Positions 23,590 to 37,539 of a stretch of DNA of 64,000 nucleotides are shown piece after piece. This DNA comes from Perna viridis (Eukaryota). The position numbers and the translations under genes are program-made. Under the pieces are notes generated by a model. That model made no database searches. It was not told the origin of the DNA and was given only the letters and a program-made list of their open reading frames with translations. Position 1 is the first letter of the stretch; the number at the start of each line of letters is the position of its first letter. The DNA lies in NCBI GenBank assembly GCA_037379345.1, contig CM074520.1, forward strand, positions 38,474,664-38,538,663. Direction: 5' to 3'.

Positions 23590-24119
23590 GTTAGTTAATT
23601 AGCAAATTAAAAAATAGGGGTACGATTTACCGAAACAAGTTATTTTTTAAATGCTTTATGGTTACATGCGTTACTAAGAGCACCATCTTCCATTTTATGT
23701 GGTCGAATTCATTGAATATATTCTGCATTCTGTCTGTGTAAGTTTTTGTCCACAACCCAATGATGTTATACTTCATCTCATATGATGGCTTCAACTTGTC
23801 AATGTTTTGTCTTATTGCTGATTGATCTTTATCCTCATCAACCAGTCGTAATGCTGCTAGCCTCAATGGCACTAATGAATATACTTAGTTGTGTAACATT
23901 GTCTCCATTGGCTTTATTTTGATCTCATTTTAAACTTCCGCGTTTCATGATGAATAACCAAAACTTGTTTGTGTGTTATTTAACGTTATATTTGTTATTT
24001 ACCACACATATGTATAGGTATTGATTACTTGTTTTAGTAATTTGTACACACGCTGTAAGTTAGGAAAGTTGTAGACTTTCAGCTTCATTTCGTGCTTATA
24101 TTTGGTGACAATTTTTAAG

Positions 24120-24335
24120 AATAATCAAGGGAAAAAACTTTCTAGCGTAAATAAAAAAAAATAAACAAGGGACAAAGACCAAAAGTGGAAAACAGAAGCA
24201 CAAAAAACATAGAAATGAATCAACCAAATTAACACATACAAAGAAATAATAGCAAATGAACAACAAGGGCTCCTCTAAAAACTGGATGCATTGAAAAGAT
24301 GAACCGGTATGGTAAGCGTCCTTTACTTGTGTAGA
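24120..24335 (-). mobile_element. Diverged Naiad-type PLE 3' tail in a TRIM intron
   Basis: Reverse complement of the tail (TAATCAAGGG...GGTAAGCGTCC). Confidence 0.7.
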
Positions 24336-24642
24336 CATACCCTCCGAGTTGTCCAAGCACAATGGACACTACTGATTTTAACGTATGTGCAAGGTACGTA
24401 AAGAAAAAAAATTGGTATTTCAAGAATTTTACAAATATACAAGATGGGCCTAAAGTAACACACATCCATTTTTTTTCAGTCCTTCGTTTGATTTTGATAC
24501 ATTTAGACCCATTGAAGCACAATAGTCATAAGAAATAGGCAGAAAAAAACACATGTATTCCGCACATGTTTTAGGTGTTAGTGAAAAAATCATAAATACA
24601 ACAATGAAATGGTTTGTGCTCACTATAAATTATTGTTTTTAG

Positions 24643-24687
24643 GACCACACAAAGTGGGAAATATCTTTACAGATGTAGAGATTGCAG
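24643..24687 (+). CDS. TRIM-like gene, probable 45-nt exon (RTTQSGKYLYRCRDC)
   Basis: TGTTTTTAG| ... AG|GTATGT, phase 2-2, open in the continuing frame, encodes CxxC. Confidence 0.7.
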
Positions 24688-24993
24688 GTATGTTTGTGTT
24701 TCATGTATTGTTTTTCATTGGGCTACCATCAATATGAAAAATAAGAAAATATTTTTTGCATTTTATTTTTTTAATGTCAGTCTAGCATTATATTGCAGTG
24801 TAACCGATGTAAGTCGTCGTATTCGTGATATTTGAAAATGTAGATGAGTTCTCAAAGTTTACTAAAGTGAAGGTTTTTTTTTTTTTTTCATTTTTACGCG
24901 TATAAATTTTAGAGAATATAATGGCATGTGTTGTTTGATTTAAATATACTTTTACTTGAATAATGTAATATTGAAATGGCTTTTCTATTTCAG

Positions 24994-25011
24994 GACAGAA
25001 CAACGATTAGA
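24994..25011 (+). CDS. TRIM-like gene, probable 18-nt micro-exon (RTEQRL)
   Basis: TTTTCTATTTCAG|GACAGAACAACGATTAGA|GTAAGT, phase 2-2, open frame. Confidence 0.65.
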
Positions 25012-26437
25012 GTAAGTACCATACTATAATGTAGGGTCAATTTACATACAAAACATATATAATTTACTACTGCTTGTTGGGTTGCACTTTTTTAAAAATA
25101 TTTCTCTTTTAAAACAAATGTTTTCGAATTTTAGTCTCGGTTTACATGTTTTTTTTATTCGCATAAACAATATGAAAGAAAGGTTTCGATATCATTATAT
25201 CCAAACTTTACGTTAAAACACTGACATTATTGCAGCTTCGTAAACATGTCTAACAATTAAAAAAACCTTACAGAATTTCGATGTATATTGTTTTAAATGA
25301 ATTATTTCAACAAACTCAGATAGCTGTGTGTGTCAAAACTTAATGTCCATAGATAACAAAATTCTTAACTCTATACAGAACAGTTTTCATTAAGGCATGG
25401 ATGCTATTCATTATTTTGACCTTATAACAATATTATTTATTATTGCAAAGATAAAACAAAATCACAAATTTAATTCCTCTATTTTAGTATTGTGTAGTTG
25501 ATTCATTTAGTCAAAATATGATACAAAAGATGATTTTAGAATTGCAATAGTGCCTGTTTATTTTTGTCAAAAACATACCTACTGTGAATAATATTGAACT
25601 AGACTAAAATGCATTGTACTTCAAACAAGAGTTTCATGATTTTGTTCCAGGAATTCAAATTAATTTGGTATATATATTTTTTTCATTTCAAAATGTTGAA
25701 AATGTACACTTTTTTTCTTATGTCCATATTTTGTTTACATTTAAGGCGCAAGGCATGCTAAAAGAATCAAATAAAAATGTGCATGCTGATAAGTGTAGGC
25801 CACAGAAAAAAAAATATGCACAGAATATCCTTTTGAGTGCTTTTTAGAACAAACAGCTCCATCTTTGTAAGACCCACAAATAGCCCGTAATTGTTCAAAT
25901 TCATGTTATTTTCTTAATGATAATATTATTTGAATACATGAAATTAATTCTAGTTTAATAAGCTTGTAGCAGATAGCTGTTTTTTTAATACCTGAAACAA
26001 AATATAGTGTTCCATATTAATGATTTTATATGTTACCTGTTTTTTTCCTTCAAAGTAACATAATTTGATCTTGGGAGTTTTTTAATGGAATGCGTATTAG
26101 ATTTTTTTTTTTGCAAGATATTTTGTTTTATATCTTTTATATTTTAATAAAGATATTATAATGGCACATTCCAATACTACATTTATTCAGTTCCTTTTTT
26201 GACTTCTAATTGTTATTTCAATTGCTTAACTCAACAACATACTTTGTATTCAGTGAAAGACTCTGACTTTAATGAAAACAAAAACATGCACATTTTTACA
26301 CATTTATCTTACTAGTTATTGTTTGCATAGCAGTTTCATACAAATACAATAATGAAAGGACTGGATCAAAAATCGCAAGGATTTAAAATTTGCATAATTT
26401 TAGCATTTTTTTTTATTTATGTTGATTGCCATGGATA

Positions 26438-27915
26438 CAGTACCTGTATGGGATAAACTTCCCATTTTATGGGGTATGAGGCAATGGGGAATGTGGTATT
26501 GGGAAAATAAATAGGGCAATAGGAATGGGGCCAGAGAATAATTTGTTTGGTCAATCTAACAAATTGTTCTGCCTTTTTCCGCTAGCAACCAACCTATCAT
26601 AATTCTATGACAACAATTAAAATAATTTTTAAACAAGCTTGTTTTAAAGTCATTTTTAATTATTACAGGTGTCACAATTCATTATTCATTGTCATTTAAA
26701 AAAAAATAACCGGAAGTACATTTGTTCAATATTTATTTTCTTGTCGTTATAGATTGAAAAAGTTCGCGTTTACACGATTTCTAAACGTGAATCATTTTTG
26801 AAAAAAAATATACTGAAATGACTTTGTGTCAGAGACTATTAAGGATATTTCAAATGCATGCAATCATTCAATTTGCAAATTTGCAATTTGGTCTGAAATA
26901 TATGTATCACAGCCATAATAATGATCTAGACAATTTTAACCTTTTTTTACAATAATTTTAGACTAATAGGTATATTAAAAATGTTCGCACACATACCCTT
27001 TGCAGGAAATATGTCATTTTGAAGATTTTTGACTGTAATATGAGTGTCGCAACCACCATCTGGATACAAAGAGTAATCAAGGGGGCCAAGGTTATAGCGG
27101 TAATCAAAAGAATATAATCCAGGGACAAAGACCAGACATGGAAAACAGGCATACAAAACAAAGAACATAAAGTAACTAAAATCATACGTATAAAGTAACA
27201 AAAGTAAATGAGCAATATTGCCATTTTCAATATTTTTAACAATAATTTTGGACCATTATTGAAACTAAAATTGTTCGTACCCTTACAATCTGAGGAGATA
27301 TGTTATTTTCGAGACATTTTGCTTATTTTGACAATTTTAACATTTTAAACAATAATATAAGACCATTAAGGATATGTTTAGTGTATGTAATCATTTAATT
27401 TGCAAAAAAATATCTTATTTTCAAGAATTTTGTTTGCAAAATATTTATAACAACAATCAACAAAAATCTTATCTGGACAATTTTAACATTCTTAAGAATA
27501 GTTTTAGGAATAAAATTCATTTACAGTTTCTACATATATCCTTAGGTTTAAGGATATGTTGCATGATTATTTCTCATGTAGTTCGGAGTGGCGATAATAT
27601 ATGTTACAAACAATGCAATTTCGGTAATTTTCGAACTCGCCAGTGAGATTCTAAAATCAATACTTTCTTCATCCCAATGCATTATATATGTTTGATAAAA
27701 CATTTACTTCTTCTTTTTGGAATGGGAAAAGGCATCGGACAACGGGAGATAAGTCGATGTAATGGAGTATACAGCAATGGAGAATGAGGCGTTAGGGAAT
27801 AGGGGATGGGGTAATGAGGGATTGGCTATGGGGAATTGGGCATGGGGCAATGGGGAATGAGGGATGGGGCGATGGGGTATGAGGTAAGTTGGAAGTTTAT
27901 CCCATGCAGGGGCTG
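26438..27915. mobile_element. Non-autonomous TIR element (TA|CAG terminus, Tc1/mariner-like) with GGGAATG-type subterminal repeats
   Basis: CAGTACCTGTATGGGATAAACTTCC ... GGAAGTTTATCCCATGCAGGGGCTG form 25-bp imperfect TIRs. Left flank TA, right flank CA. Confidence 0.7.
27068..27215 (-). mobile_element. Naiad-type PLE tail nested in the TIR element
   Basis: AGAGTAATCAAGGGG...AAGTAAATGAGCAA. Confidence 0.8.
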
Positions 27916-29604
27916 CAATCTTTCGTAACATCAATATTTTATTATATGTTGTATGATGATTTTACAAATAAAAAACAAACAAAAAACAAAAGAGTTTACA
28001 TACGCACACACTCTATCAGAATATGTAGAGCTATATCTAGTCATAAGTGTGTCATGATGATTTTCTGCCCTTGGAATGTTGCACATTTTGTCAAAATATG
28101 GCCGATGCTTTGAGAGAAAATTGGTTGCCGTTACAAAATGTGTTTTCTTATATAAGGACCTTAAAGACCTGGATTTTTAGATGTGTGCATTATACAATAG
28201 ATAGCCAAGAAGATATCAAATGTCTTCATTGAAATCCTAACCATGGTATCCGGTTATATGTAAATTGTTCAGTTGTGTATATATAAATTTGTATAACAGT
28301 TTATATCTTGTTGGTGTTCTGGAATTTGCTAATTGACTTCAACAATATGTCTGTGTAGACGTGTTACTTCCGGGTATTTTTAAATTCAGTCGGAAACGTC
28401 AAGACCTTACCAGAACATGTTGTTTAAGACATAACAAATAGTATAATATATATAAAACCATGTGAAAATGATATTGATTATATTACTAGTACTTTTAAAA
28501 AAACACTTAGTAGAAATTGATATATTGCCAAGATAACATCTTCGTTATAACACTTGTAAGGTGTAACTTTTTTCATGTTTTTATCTAAAGTGAAGATAAT
28601 AATCATACAAAACCGAACAAATGTGAAAAATTCTTAATAAAATACGTAAAATCATTCACCTGTATGCATGTTTTCAAGCATTGAATCTAATTTCATAATG
28701 CAACTATCGTTTCTCACCAAGAACAAAAGTTGTGAAAACCGCTGAGAATATTATTATTTTTTTTTTTTGGTGTGTGCGTACATTTTTGCGTGAGTATTTT
28801 CAGATGGGTTCTGAATCGTCTTTGATTACTCTTGATGTAAGTTGTCACGGATTTTTGCACCTGTATTTCAAACTACCCTTCAAAGTACCAAATGTTTATT
28901 TTCGAAACAGTTCTATACATATTGGCATTTTTATGTAACATTATTATTTTTTTCATGTAGTATCCCGTTCGATGGTACCTAATTCAAATTTTGCTTTTGT
29001 AAAATTTCTTTTACATTTTGCTCAGTACTATGCACCTGTTGCAAGGTTACTTCCTAAAGCACGCGCAAAGCATATCAGAATTTAAAATATTAATATTCGA
29101 TTTGCAGTTTTGTATTTTGTATCACGGACGGGTACACATCTTAATGGACTGACCGACATGACCGATCATACAAGATATTACAACTTTACTCTTTCTTTAA
29201 TGGGTGTTTTGTATTGTTATTGCTTTGTTTTGTTTTCTGTTATATCTTATTAGATTATTAATATGGTTTAATTTCATTGATATTCACTTTCAAAGGTTTT
29301 TCCATTGAGTGACAATTATCCATAGATATTTATCCACTTTAAACATTTCTACCTCCTTTTTTAAATATTGTAATCCTGAATTTATATCCATACATGGCTT
29401 CAATATTGGAATTATCTACGTTCTATTTTTTGTTTTCAGCGAAAAACCGTATGAGTAAGTATTGAGAAATTTTTATCATTTTAGTTAAGTTCAACATTCT
29501 TTTTTTATGGTAATACAAAGTATTGAGTATTAAGTATTGTGTGACAAAAAGAAGGACCCATCGGAACAAGAAACAACATATCATTCTTCTATCATTCTGT
29601 CTAG

Positions 29605-29720
29605 AAGAGTAATCAAGGGAACCAATGTTATAGCGGTAATGAAAAGAGTGTACTCCAGGGACAAAGACCAGAAATGGAAAACGAAAATGGAAAAGTAACA
29701 AAAGCAAATGAAAAGAACAC
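29605..29720 (-). mobile_element. Short Naiad-type PLE tail
   Basis: AGAGTAATCAAGGGAACCAA...GCAAATGA. Confidence 0.75.
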
Positions 29721-30537
29721 ATAGTACTTCCAATGTCCCTTACTTTTTTCGTTACCTAAGTTAAAGCGTTAGACCGTCTTTTAAATGATGACATTACATA
29801 TATACATTTTATGATTCACGAGTTTGGGTGTATTCAAACATTTTAGTTGTCATATTTAATGGTTGACATCAAAACATGGTATTAAATGCATATTTTATGC
29901 AATTGTGTCTCTTATCACAATCTTTATAATATTAACTCTAATGTCTGACCACTTGTGTTAAGATGATAGTTTGAAGGATTAACTCATAGTAGACCCGGTG
30001 ACGTCATCATTTAAATTTTTTCGACATATTTCAATGAATCAAACCAATACATACATTTAAAGAAATATTTTGAGTTTGTCCACTGTTACTTAAACTGTTG
30101 TAATAAATCGCGTCAGTATTAAATTATATTTCTGTATTAATCCATGAAATCTCATGATAGAAAAAAAGTCGGAAAAATTGATGGTAAAAAGGTACATAGC
30201 TATTCAATGTGATCGAAATTTGCATTCCTTGTGACGTTTAGGTTTCTCGTACGCACGATACCCAAACGCACGCTAGACGCGCACTATCAACAAATGCTCC
30301 TATCGTACGTTTAAACCCATGACAAACGAAGGCTCCATTTAAAGGCACGATAGATGAACGTGTGCATCATGCGTTCAAACGAACGATAGACAAGCAAAGA
30401 AAAATAATAATATTAGCAAATAATGAAGAAAGAAACAAAATAACAAAATAAAAGTTTATGAAATAACAAAAGCAAAAAAAAAATAATAATAAAAAAAAGC
30501 AATAGTTTAATAAAAAAAAACAGCACATATATATATA

Positions 30538-30780
30538 AAGCCTAGCTGGCCGATTGGTCTAGGGCGCTGGACTTTGTGCAGGCAGTGTTGCCATAGATGT
30601 CACTGCAGTGCGAGTTCGAGTCCCGCGGAGGGAACGACCAAAAATTTGCATCGCAAATTTGACAGTTCTAACATCGTTGGGAATTTTTCTGACATTTCTA
30701 TACGTTTATATATCTTCCTTGTATCAATTTGATCCGATGGAGCAGTGTAGCAAATAGAGTCGTCACATTCTGAGACGTTC
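30538..30780 (+). mobile_element. tRNA-headed element, SINE-like partial monomer between TA runs
   Basis: GCCTAGCTGGCCGATTGGTCTAGGGCGCTGGAC...GAGTTCGAGTCCCGC...TTCTGAGACGTTC, with (TA)n on both sides. Confidence 0.85.
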
Positions 30781-31609
30781 TATATATATAGCGGCTTTAA
30801 AGAATCTTTAATAGCGATAATGGTTTTATTCTATTGATTCTCAATACACATTACACTTGTTTACTAATCATCAGCTAATGTCTTTTTTTAAAAAAAAAAC
30901 TTGCTTTTTTGGACTAAAACAACACTTCAACCAAGCTTATTCAAATACGGATTAGTCGATTATTGTAAAATAATAATCTTACTTTATAATACTAGTCAAA
31001 TGTAACACTTTTTAACTGGTACTTTACACCAAATTGCGATTCAGATCCTTTTTAAATATGCCTTCCGGAGCGGAACGGGAGTATTTGAACGTCCAACGTA
31101 TTTCAGCGTTGACCATCGCAGATCAGCGCGACCCTCGCACTTCGGCGTTCTATTTACTGAAACTGCTCTTGACAATTCTTAACGACATATATTGAATTTG
31201 CACTGAACTGCCACTGAAATTCCACTGAAACTCATAAAACTACTGAAATTAAGCTTGTTAAGAGTTTTCAGTAGATGTTTTCAGTAAAAAAAAAATCGGC
31301 AACTAATGAACAGGAACATTACATTTTGTTAATGTGTTGTATGTTTGACTATACAATTAAACCGAAAATGGCTGCTTTTAGATAACATTAACTATTGTGT
31401 CTTTTTTACCATAGTACATTTTTTTTGTACTAAGTTCAGCATCATCATTCAAGGAATACATGAATATAACATTTACTTTAAGGGGTCCATAATTGTCATT
31501 ATTAATATAAGGCAACTATAAATATTAGCATTATTTTTTCCATGTTGCCTAATATTTGCAAAAAAAAAAAAAAAGATTTAATATCTAAATAACAGAAAAT
31601 AATTTGTAG

Positions 31610-34600
31610 GCAAACCCCTTCCCATAGAAGCCAACTTTTGGTGTTTACCTCATCCACTTCAAGGTAACTTTAGTTGTCTTCAATGGACTTGTTTCCATTG
31701 AAGCCATTAACTCAGATATTATAATCTGATGATTTTAGTATATGTTAACTTTTTTTGTTCCACTTGATGGTAATGAAACATTACTTAAATGTATAAAAGA
31801 TATCAAAAGACTAGTATACATATAAAACAGTATACATTTTGCCATGATAACCATATTGAAGGAAATGTTGTCTTCAAATAAATAAATAGCACTGTAATTT
31901 TCTAACTACAATTCTGTTACATATTGATAGATGTCAGTGTTTTATTGTGTACTTGATTCATTCGCTAAAAGTTTTGATATAGCAGCGAATTACTGCTTCG
32001 TAACAACAGATAACTGCTGTCACGTTTTAATTTTAAATCTTAAAGAAAACATTTCTCTTATTTATAGCATGTGATAATACCCCTCCATTTTGTTGCTGAA
32101 CCTGTTTTCAATAATTCCAACCAATATACTGTAAAAAAATGTCTACGAAAACTCCGTGTATATATAAAGTATAAATTATTTCATAAAAATGAAAGGAAAG
32201 GGAATCTTGTAGTTCATTCATGTGAATTTTCATTGAATCGTTCGTTGTATCAAGTCATGTTTATTATATTTATAAAACATTATTTAAAAAAAAGTGTTCA
32301 TGGAACCTGGGCATTCATTTCTTTTGGTTTATTTATGGGTTATTTACATTAAGAATTGTTTTTAGACTTGAATTTCTAATAATTTTCTAGTAAAATATTT
32401 TTCGTTAGAAAATGATGTTGTGTTCAACTCAAACCAAAATACTATGACAACTGCATTAACAAAAAATGCAATCATATAAAAACCAATACATAAAAGAGGC
32501 TTGTCTATTTGGTGATAAATTTAGTGGTTTTCAGAAATAATTGTCAGGTCAATACGTGCATTAACACAAAATATTGACTTGTTTATCAAGCTAAATTAAA
32601 CTCAAGTAGATATTGCCTTCAAAGCACAATAATAATAATCTAAGGAACGATCAGGAATTAAAAACTGCGCGAAAGCAAATACAACACAAAGCTGCAAAAA
32701 TTATGATTCCACATGGATAGTTGGCCGCTTAATTTCTGCTCATTGTGTCCAAATAAAACATTAGTTTTCTTGAACCTTACTAAATGCTTCAGGGGATATT
32801 GAATAAGTTGAAATGCATTAAAATATGATATTTATGTGATCTACTTGTGTATTTGTGTGTACATGTAGAAATTAAGAGGTCATGGAATAAGAGGAAAACT
32901 ACAATATTTCTCTGTGTTTGTTTGCTTGGTTTTTTTTCTCTGTGTTTATTTGTTTTGTTTTTGTAGATATATTATGTCTCGGTGTAAACATTTCCACCAT
33001 AGAGATGTCATTTTTCTTTAATTAGAAGAGAAGATAGCGATTTCATTTCCAAACTAATGTTTTAATGGATAGATATTGATACTAAGGATATAATGCACTG
33101 ATCCTGTTATGTAAAAAATCCACTAATTCCACCAATGACCTTTAAGAATGTACTTCAAAATAGTCCTACACTAATTTTGTTGTACTTGTGTTATGTTGCT
33201 GCGGAAAAGTGCACATCAGATCTATACAAGTGAGCTTTTGTTTTGCAGAAAATTATATTTTCTTCGTTTCTACATAAAATTGTCACTGTAACTTACTGAA
33301 TTAAATATTTGTATGAGTTCTGCATGAAGAACCCTCTTTTTTATAAAAAAAAAATGGAGGGGGCTTCCCATTCTATTGTTTACGGATTGTCTTCTAGGAG
33401 CCAGTGTCACACTGCAAGGGTAGTGAACCCCATATAATTTTTCAGGGCTATTAGTGTTAACATGCAGCTTTTAGGTGATAGATAGTCTTCTTCAGGTTAA
33501 ACTTAAAATAAAAGATCCATAACTTAGTGAAAGTAGCATTGGAGCCTATGGGAAGTGACATTAGTGGTTTATAGCGTTTGTCACTTTTTGTCCGAAATTT
33601 TAAAGTAAACCTTTCACTTATTATTAATTGCAAATTTATACTAGTATCAAGCATCCGGGAGTACGCATACATTTTATTGCATTGTACGCTGAAGGCCATT
33701 AGGGAAATCTTTATAAAATGGTTTATTTCATCCTACCTAGTAATAACTATTATGTTCATTATCCAATATATAACAATGGCTATTCATCAAACCTGTGTAT
33801 CCATTTCTTTTTGTTAACTAGTAATTCATATATTTAGATAACAATATATTTTCCAAACTTAGTTTCTCAATACTTGTCAATTGTTAAAACATTTCAGAGT
33901 ATTTTGAAGATGTTAAAGAGTAATCAAGGAAACCAAGGTTATAGAGGTAATCAAAAGACCAGACATGGAAAACAGACCTACACAACTAAGAACAAAAGAT
34001 AACCAAAATCGTACACGCAAGGTAACAAAAGCAAATGAGCAATTCGGACTCCACCAAAAAAACTGGGAGCATGGACAATTTTGAATGAAAAGTCATCACG
34101 TTTGTCGTAAAGTTTGTTTGGTCAATAGTTTTCCTTTACCGTCGATTTCTAAGTGTAGGTCAAGATATGAGGCTGACCTTACAGTGTCTGTAGTATCCTT
34201 TATCTCAAGTTCTTTGTGGTAGATGCGAGGTATTAAATCCCCGACATTAGGATTGTTTAAAGATAATACGTCCGCTATATAGCAGAAACTGAGATTAAAG
34301 GATCTAGCCAATTGATATTTTTTCTTTCGGATCAAATCAGCCATAAAGTCAGCCTATAAGAGTGAAGAAATAGGTCAGCAAGTAAAGGAGGATTATTTGT
34401 TTCCATTGGAATGTCGACCGTTTGTTGAAAAATACACCCACCACACTGGACAAATATGTTGTCGATTAAAAATTCCAGCATTTTGTAAACATCTTCCTCT
34501 GTAAATTTGAAAGATGATTTGGAATTATTTCTTACAATGTATGAGGAATCTATTCCAAGAACTATATATTTGTATCTAAGTGTACCATCTTTTTTTGGAA

Positions 34601-37050
34601 AAAAACGACGATGTATAACGTTTTTAAGTCGGAATTTTAACTGAGTATGGGGAATAGAAGTATACAGTGTTGACAAATCATAGGTTTTAATGCTTTTATA
34701 TTCTGGTAATAGTCTTGAACTGATTGTCTCCAAAAAATCTTATTATTAAAAAATTATTTAACAATACATTTAAACAATTCTTATCATAATTAAAATTTCA
34801 TAAACACTTAAAAAAAAAAATACTGAAGAAAGTATATACTTCTAAAAAGACTCCAATGAATCACAAAATACGAAGTGTCCGATATCCTTCCAGGCTTTCA
34901 GCTGACTAACACCAAATATATACTTAGTATATAACCTTACTCCCTTGACCACCTGCAACGATGTCAGTATATTAAAATGATTTGACCGTTATCAAAAATG
35001 TCTATATTGAACGTGCTATATAGTCATTGATAACGTGCGTAGAAAATCAAATGGATCGATTGGTGTTTATATATGAACAAAATGGTAAAGTAGTTTCGAA
35101 GGAATGTTGATAGATATCAGCGTCTTTTTTAGGTACGAATTAGTTCAATATTCCACAACACGTTATGCAAAATCATGCTTTAGTTCGATGAACATCTGTT
35201 TTTAAAGTCATTCCCTTTGTAGTAATACGGGTAATGTTTAAAAATTTTATTCTGTGTTTTTCCGACGCAGTCAGTATTGCTTCGCTCTTTCACTCTTTAG
35301 CCTTAAGGACGCTCTTCTATGGAAACGCAAGTCACCTGATCGCAGGTCTTATTCCCGATTTGCCAAATACTGATAACTTAGTGGCGTTCGAAAATTTGGA
35401 ATAGCGTTCGTTCAAACAACTTTATTGGAACCTTAAAAACTGCATGGCACGTGTTCGTTTCTTGAAAGAAGTGTAGAAACTTAGAAGTAAAACAGAACTC
35501 AATTTGACAGCGTCGGGTATCTTTTTTAAAGATAGTGATTGTTTTTACTTATCTCCATAATTGAGAACAGTTACCCCATAAAATTGTGATTATCTATTAG
35601 ACAACAAATGCTTATAATTTATTTGTTGATAACCTTAGATCAAATCATGATATAGGGAGAAATATTGTGATACAACTACCATTTCATAATTTGTCATGCA
35701 ATGGTCAGTTTATTTCAACTCAGATCTATAATTTCTATTTTGTTGTTCAGCCGTGGACGGTACATTTTGGTATTTTTGCATCATTTTATTTTAAAACATA
35801 ATTTCACGAATGGTTGTAATAACTTTGTTCTAGCAAAGAAAACGTATGTGACTTATTTGCATATATATAGAAGTAGATTATTATCCTGAAAATACTTGAA
35901 AACACAAAGAAAACATTTCATTATGTTTAGTTCTACTATTTATTAAGTGTGCACCTGATTTAAGTGGAAGTAAACGATATAAGCCATATTTCACGTGTAT
36001 TATAACAGACATGGTATATTTTACAATGGAGACAAATTTTCGTCGAGTTTATTTTAAAATCAGTAATACTACCAATTTACTCGTGGAATGTGTTTATACA
36101 CGTAACAGGCCATTACAATTTACAGAAAGTGCTGCCTGTTTTCTTTTAATGGTAAACTCAAGATGATGTCAAATCAATTCATATTTTCCGATTGTAGCAA
36201 ATTTTCAGATAAAACCCATTTTAGGCAATAATGTATATAGTATCACAGATGTTATTCTGGGTCGGATAAAATTGCAAAACATTGACTAGAATTGATTTGA
36301 AACATTTCAAGAATGAATTCAAAATGATAAAGTATGTGTCTGATTCCTATTTAACAACACGCTATTGATTGAACGTAGACCTGATATGTTAATTCTGTTT
36401 GAAACAATTACATAATATGACAAAAGTATTTGATAAGAATTTGATTAAATATGTTGTAATTTAAAACTTTAAACTTTGCATACTCAGTGTTATTTTTTTT
36501 TTGTGCTTTTTTGAGTGTGCGGAACAAATTACGCACACTCTAAACATTCTTTGCTACTCGTGACCATATTTTCCTTTTTCACTCCATCTAGTTATTTAAA
36601 ATATTAATCATGTTATTCTTTTGGTTACTTTGTGTGTTATTTTCGGAGTTATTAGAGGCAATACTTGGCATCTATTACAGTAATGGATGAATGTCGCCTC
36701 GTGCTGCTGTTCATGGTACCATGACATATAATAACATTTGTGATGTATGACTTACAGATAAAACGTAAACGTAAATGCTTTTCTTATAACTTATTGCAAA
36801 GAAGTACTACCAGTATCTAGTAAAGATATGATAAACCCGATTTTTCTGGAGGCATTTTTAAAATTTATAAATAGTGAAACCAATAATAGTGAATATAACG
36901 TTGATCGCCCTTTAGTTTTTATCATTTATTATATATCCTATAACTAGATATTTCAATGTAATTTCTTTATCATGATAAATGATATTATATATGTAGCAAA
37001 ATACATTGACTGCCCAGCTATTTATGCAGATTTTCTGTTGTTTGTAATAT
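31610..37050 (+). repeat. Local segmental duplication, copy B
   Basis: 31610-34860 matches 10800-14095. 34400-35420, 36340-36670 and 36870-37050 match 52700-54485. Confidence 0.85.
33917..34740 (-). mobile_element. Naiad-type Penelope-like element RT fragment plus tail, internally deleted
   Basis: TYDLSTLYTSIPH, LEFLIDNIFV, IPMETNNPPLLADLFL, YIADVLSLNN, ASYLDLHLEID. Confidence 0.9.
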
Positions 37051-37539
37051 ATTACTGATTAATTTCCCTCTGCACATTCTAAACTATAGCACTTTATGAT
37101 GTGTATAAAAGTAAAACTATTATTTTGTTCAAAATAACCGAACTTGATTTCCCTTTCCAATCTCTGATACCTATATATTTAGCTTTTTTTAAAATTTTTT
37201 ATCAGGCATTTATATAATAAAATTTTCTACTTCTCCGTAATTGTTTCCGCTAAAGGTGTAAATTAATTAATGGTGCATGACTTTTGATTGAGCGGTAATA
37301 TAAGATAAACTGGAATGTTAGTTCCTGTATACTGAGTATTTTACAGGGACAATTATTATTATTGTTTTAATGCACACAAGTCATAAATAAATACAGACAT
37401 AAAATTCACTACCTCTCCTTAATTGTTTCCGTTAATGGTGTAAATTAATTAATGGTGCATGACCCTTGATTGAGTTTTAGTCTAATTTGAGACAGACAAT
37501 GTATTTATTTAATTTATATTTATATTTATTTTTTATATT

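Noticed and set aside
27704-27934. Pro/His-rich 76-aa ORF
   Set aside because: Antisense reading of a G-rich simple repeat.
30540-30640. Functional tRNA gene
   Set aside because: Acceptor and anticodon stems do not pair properly, and it is part of a repeated element.
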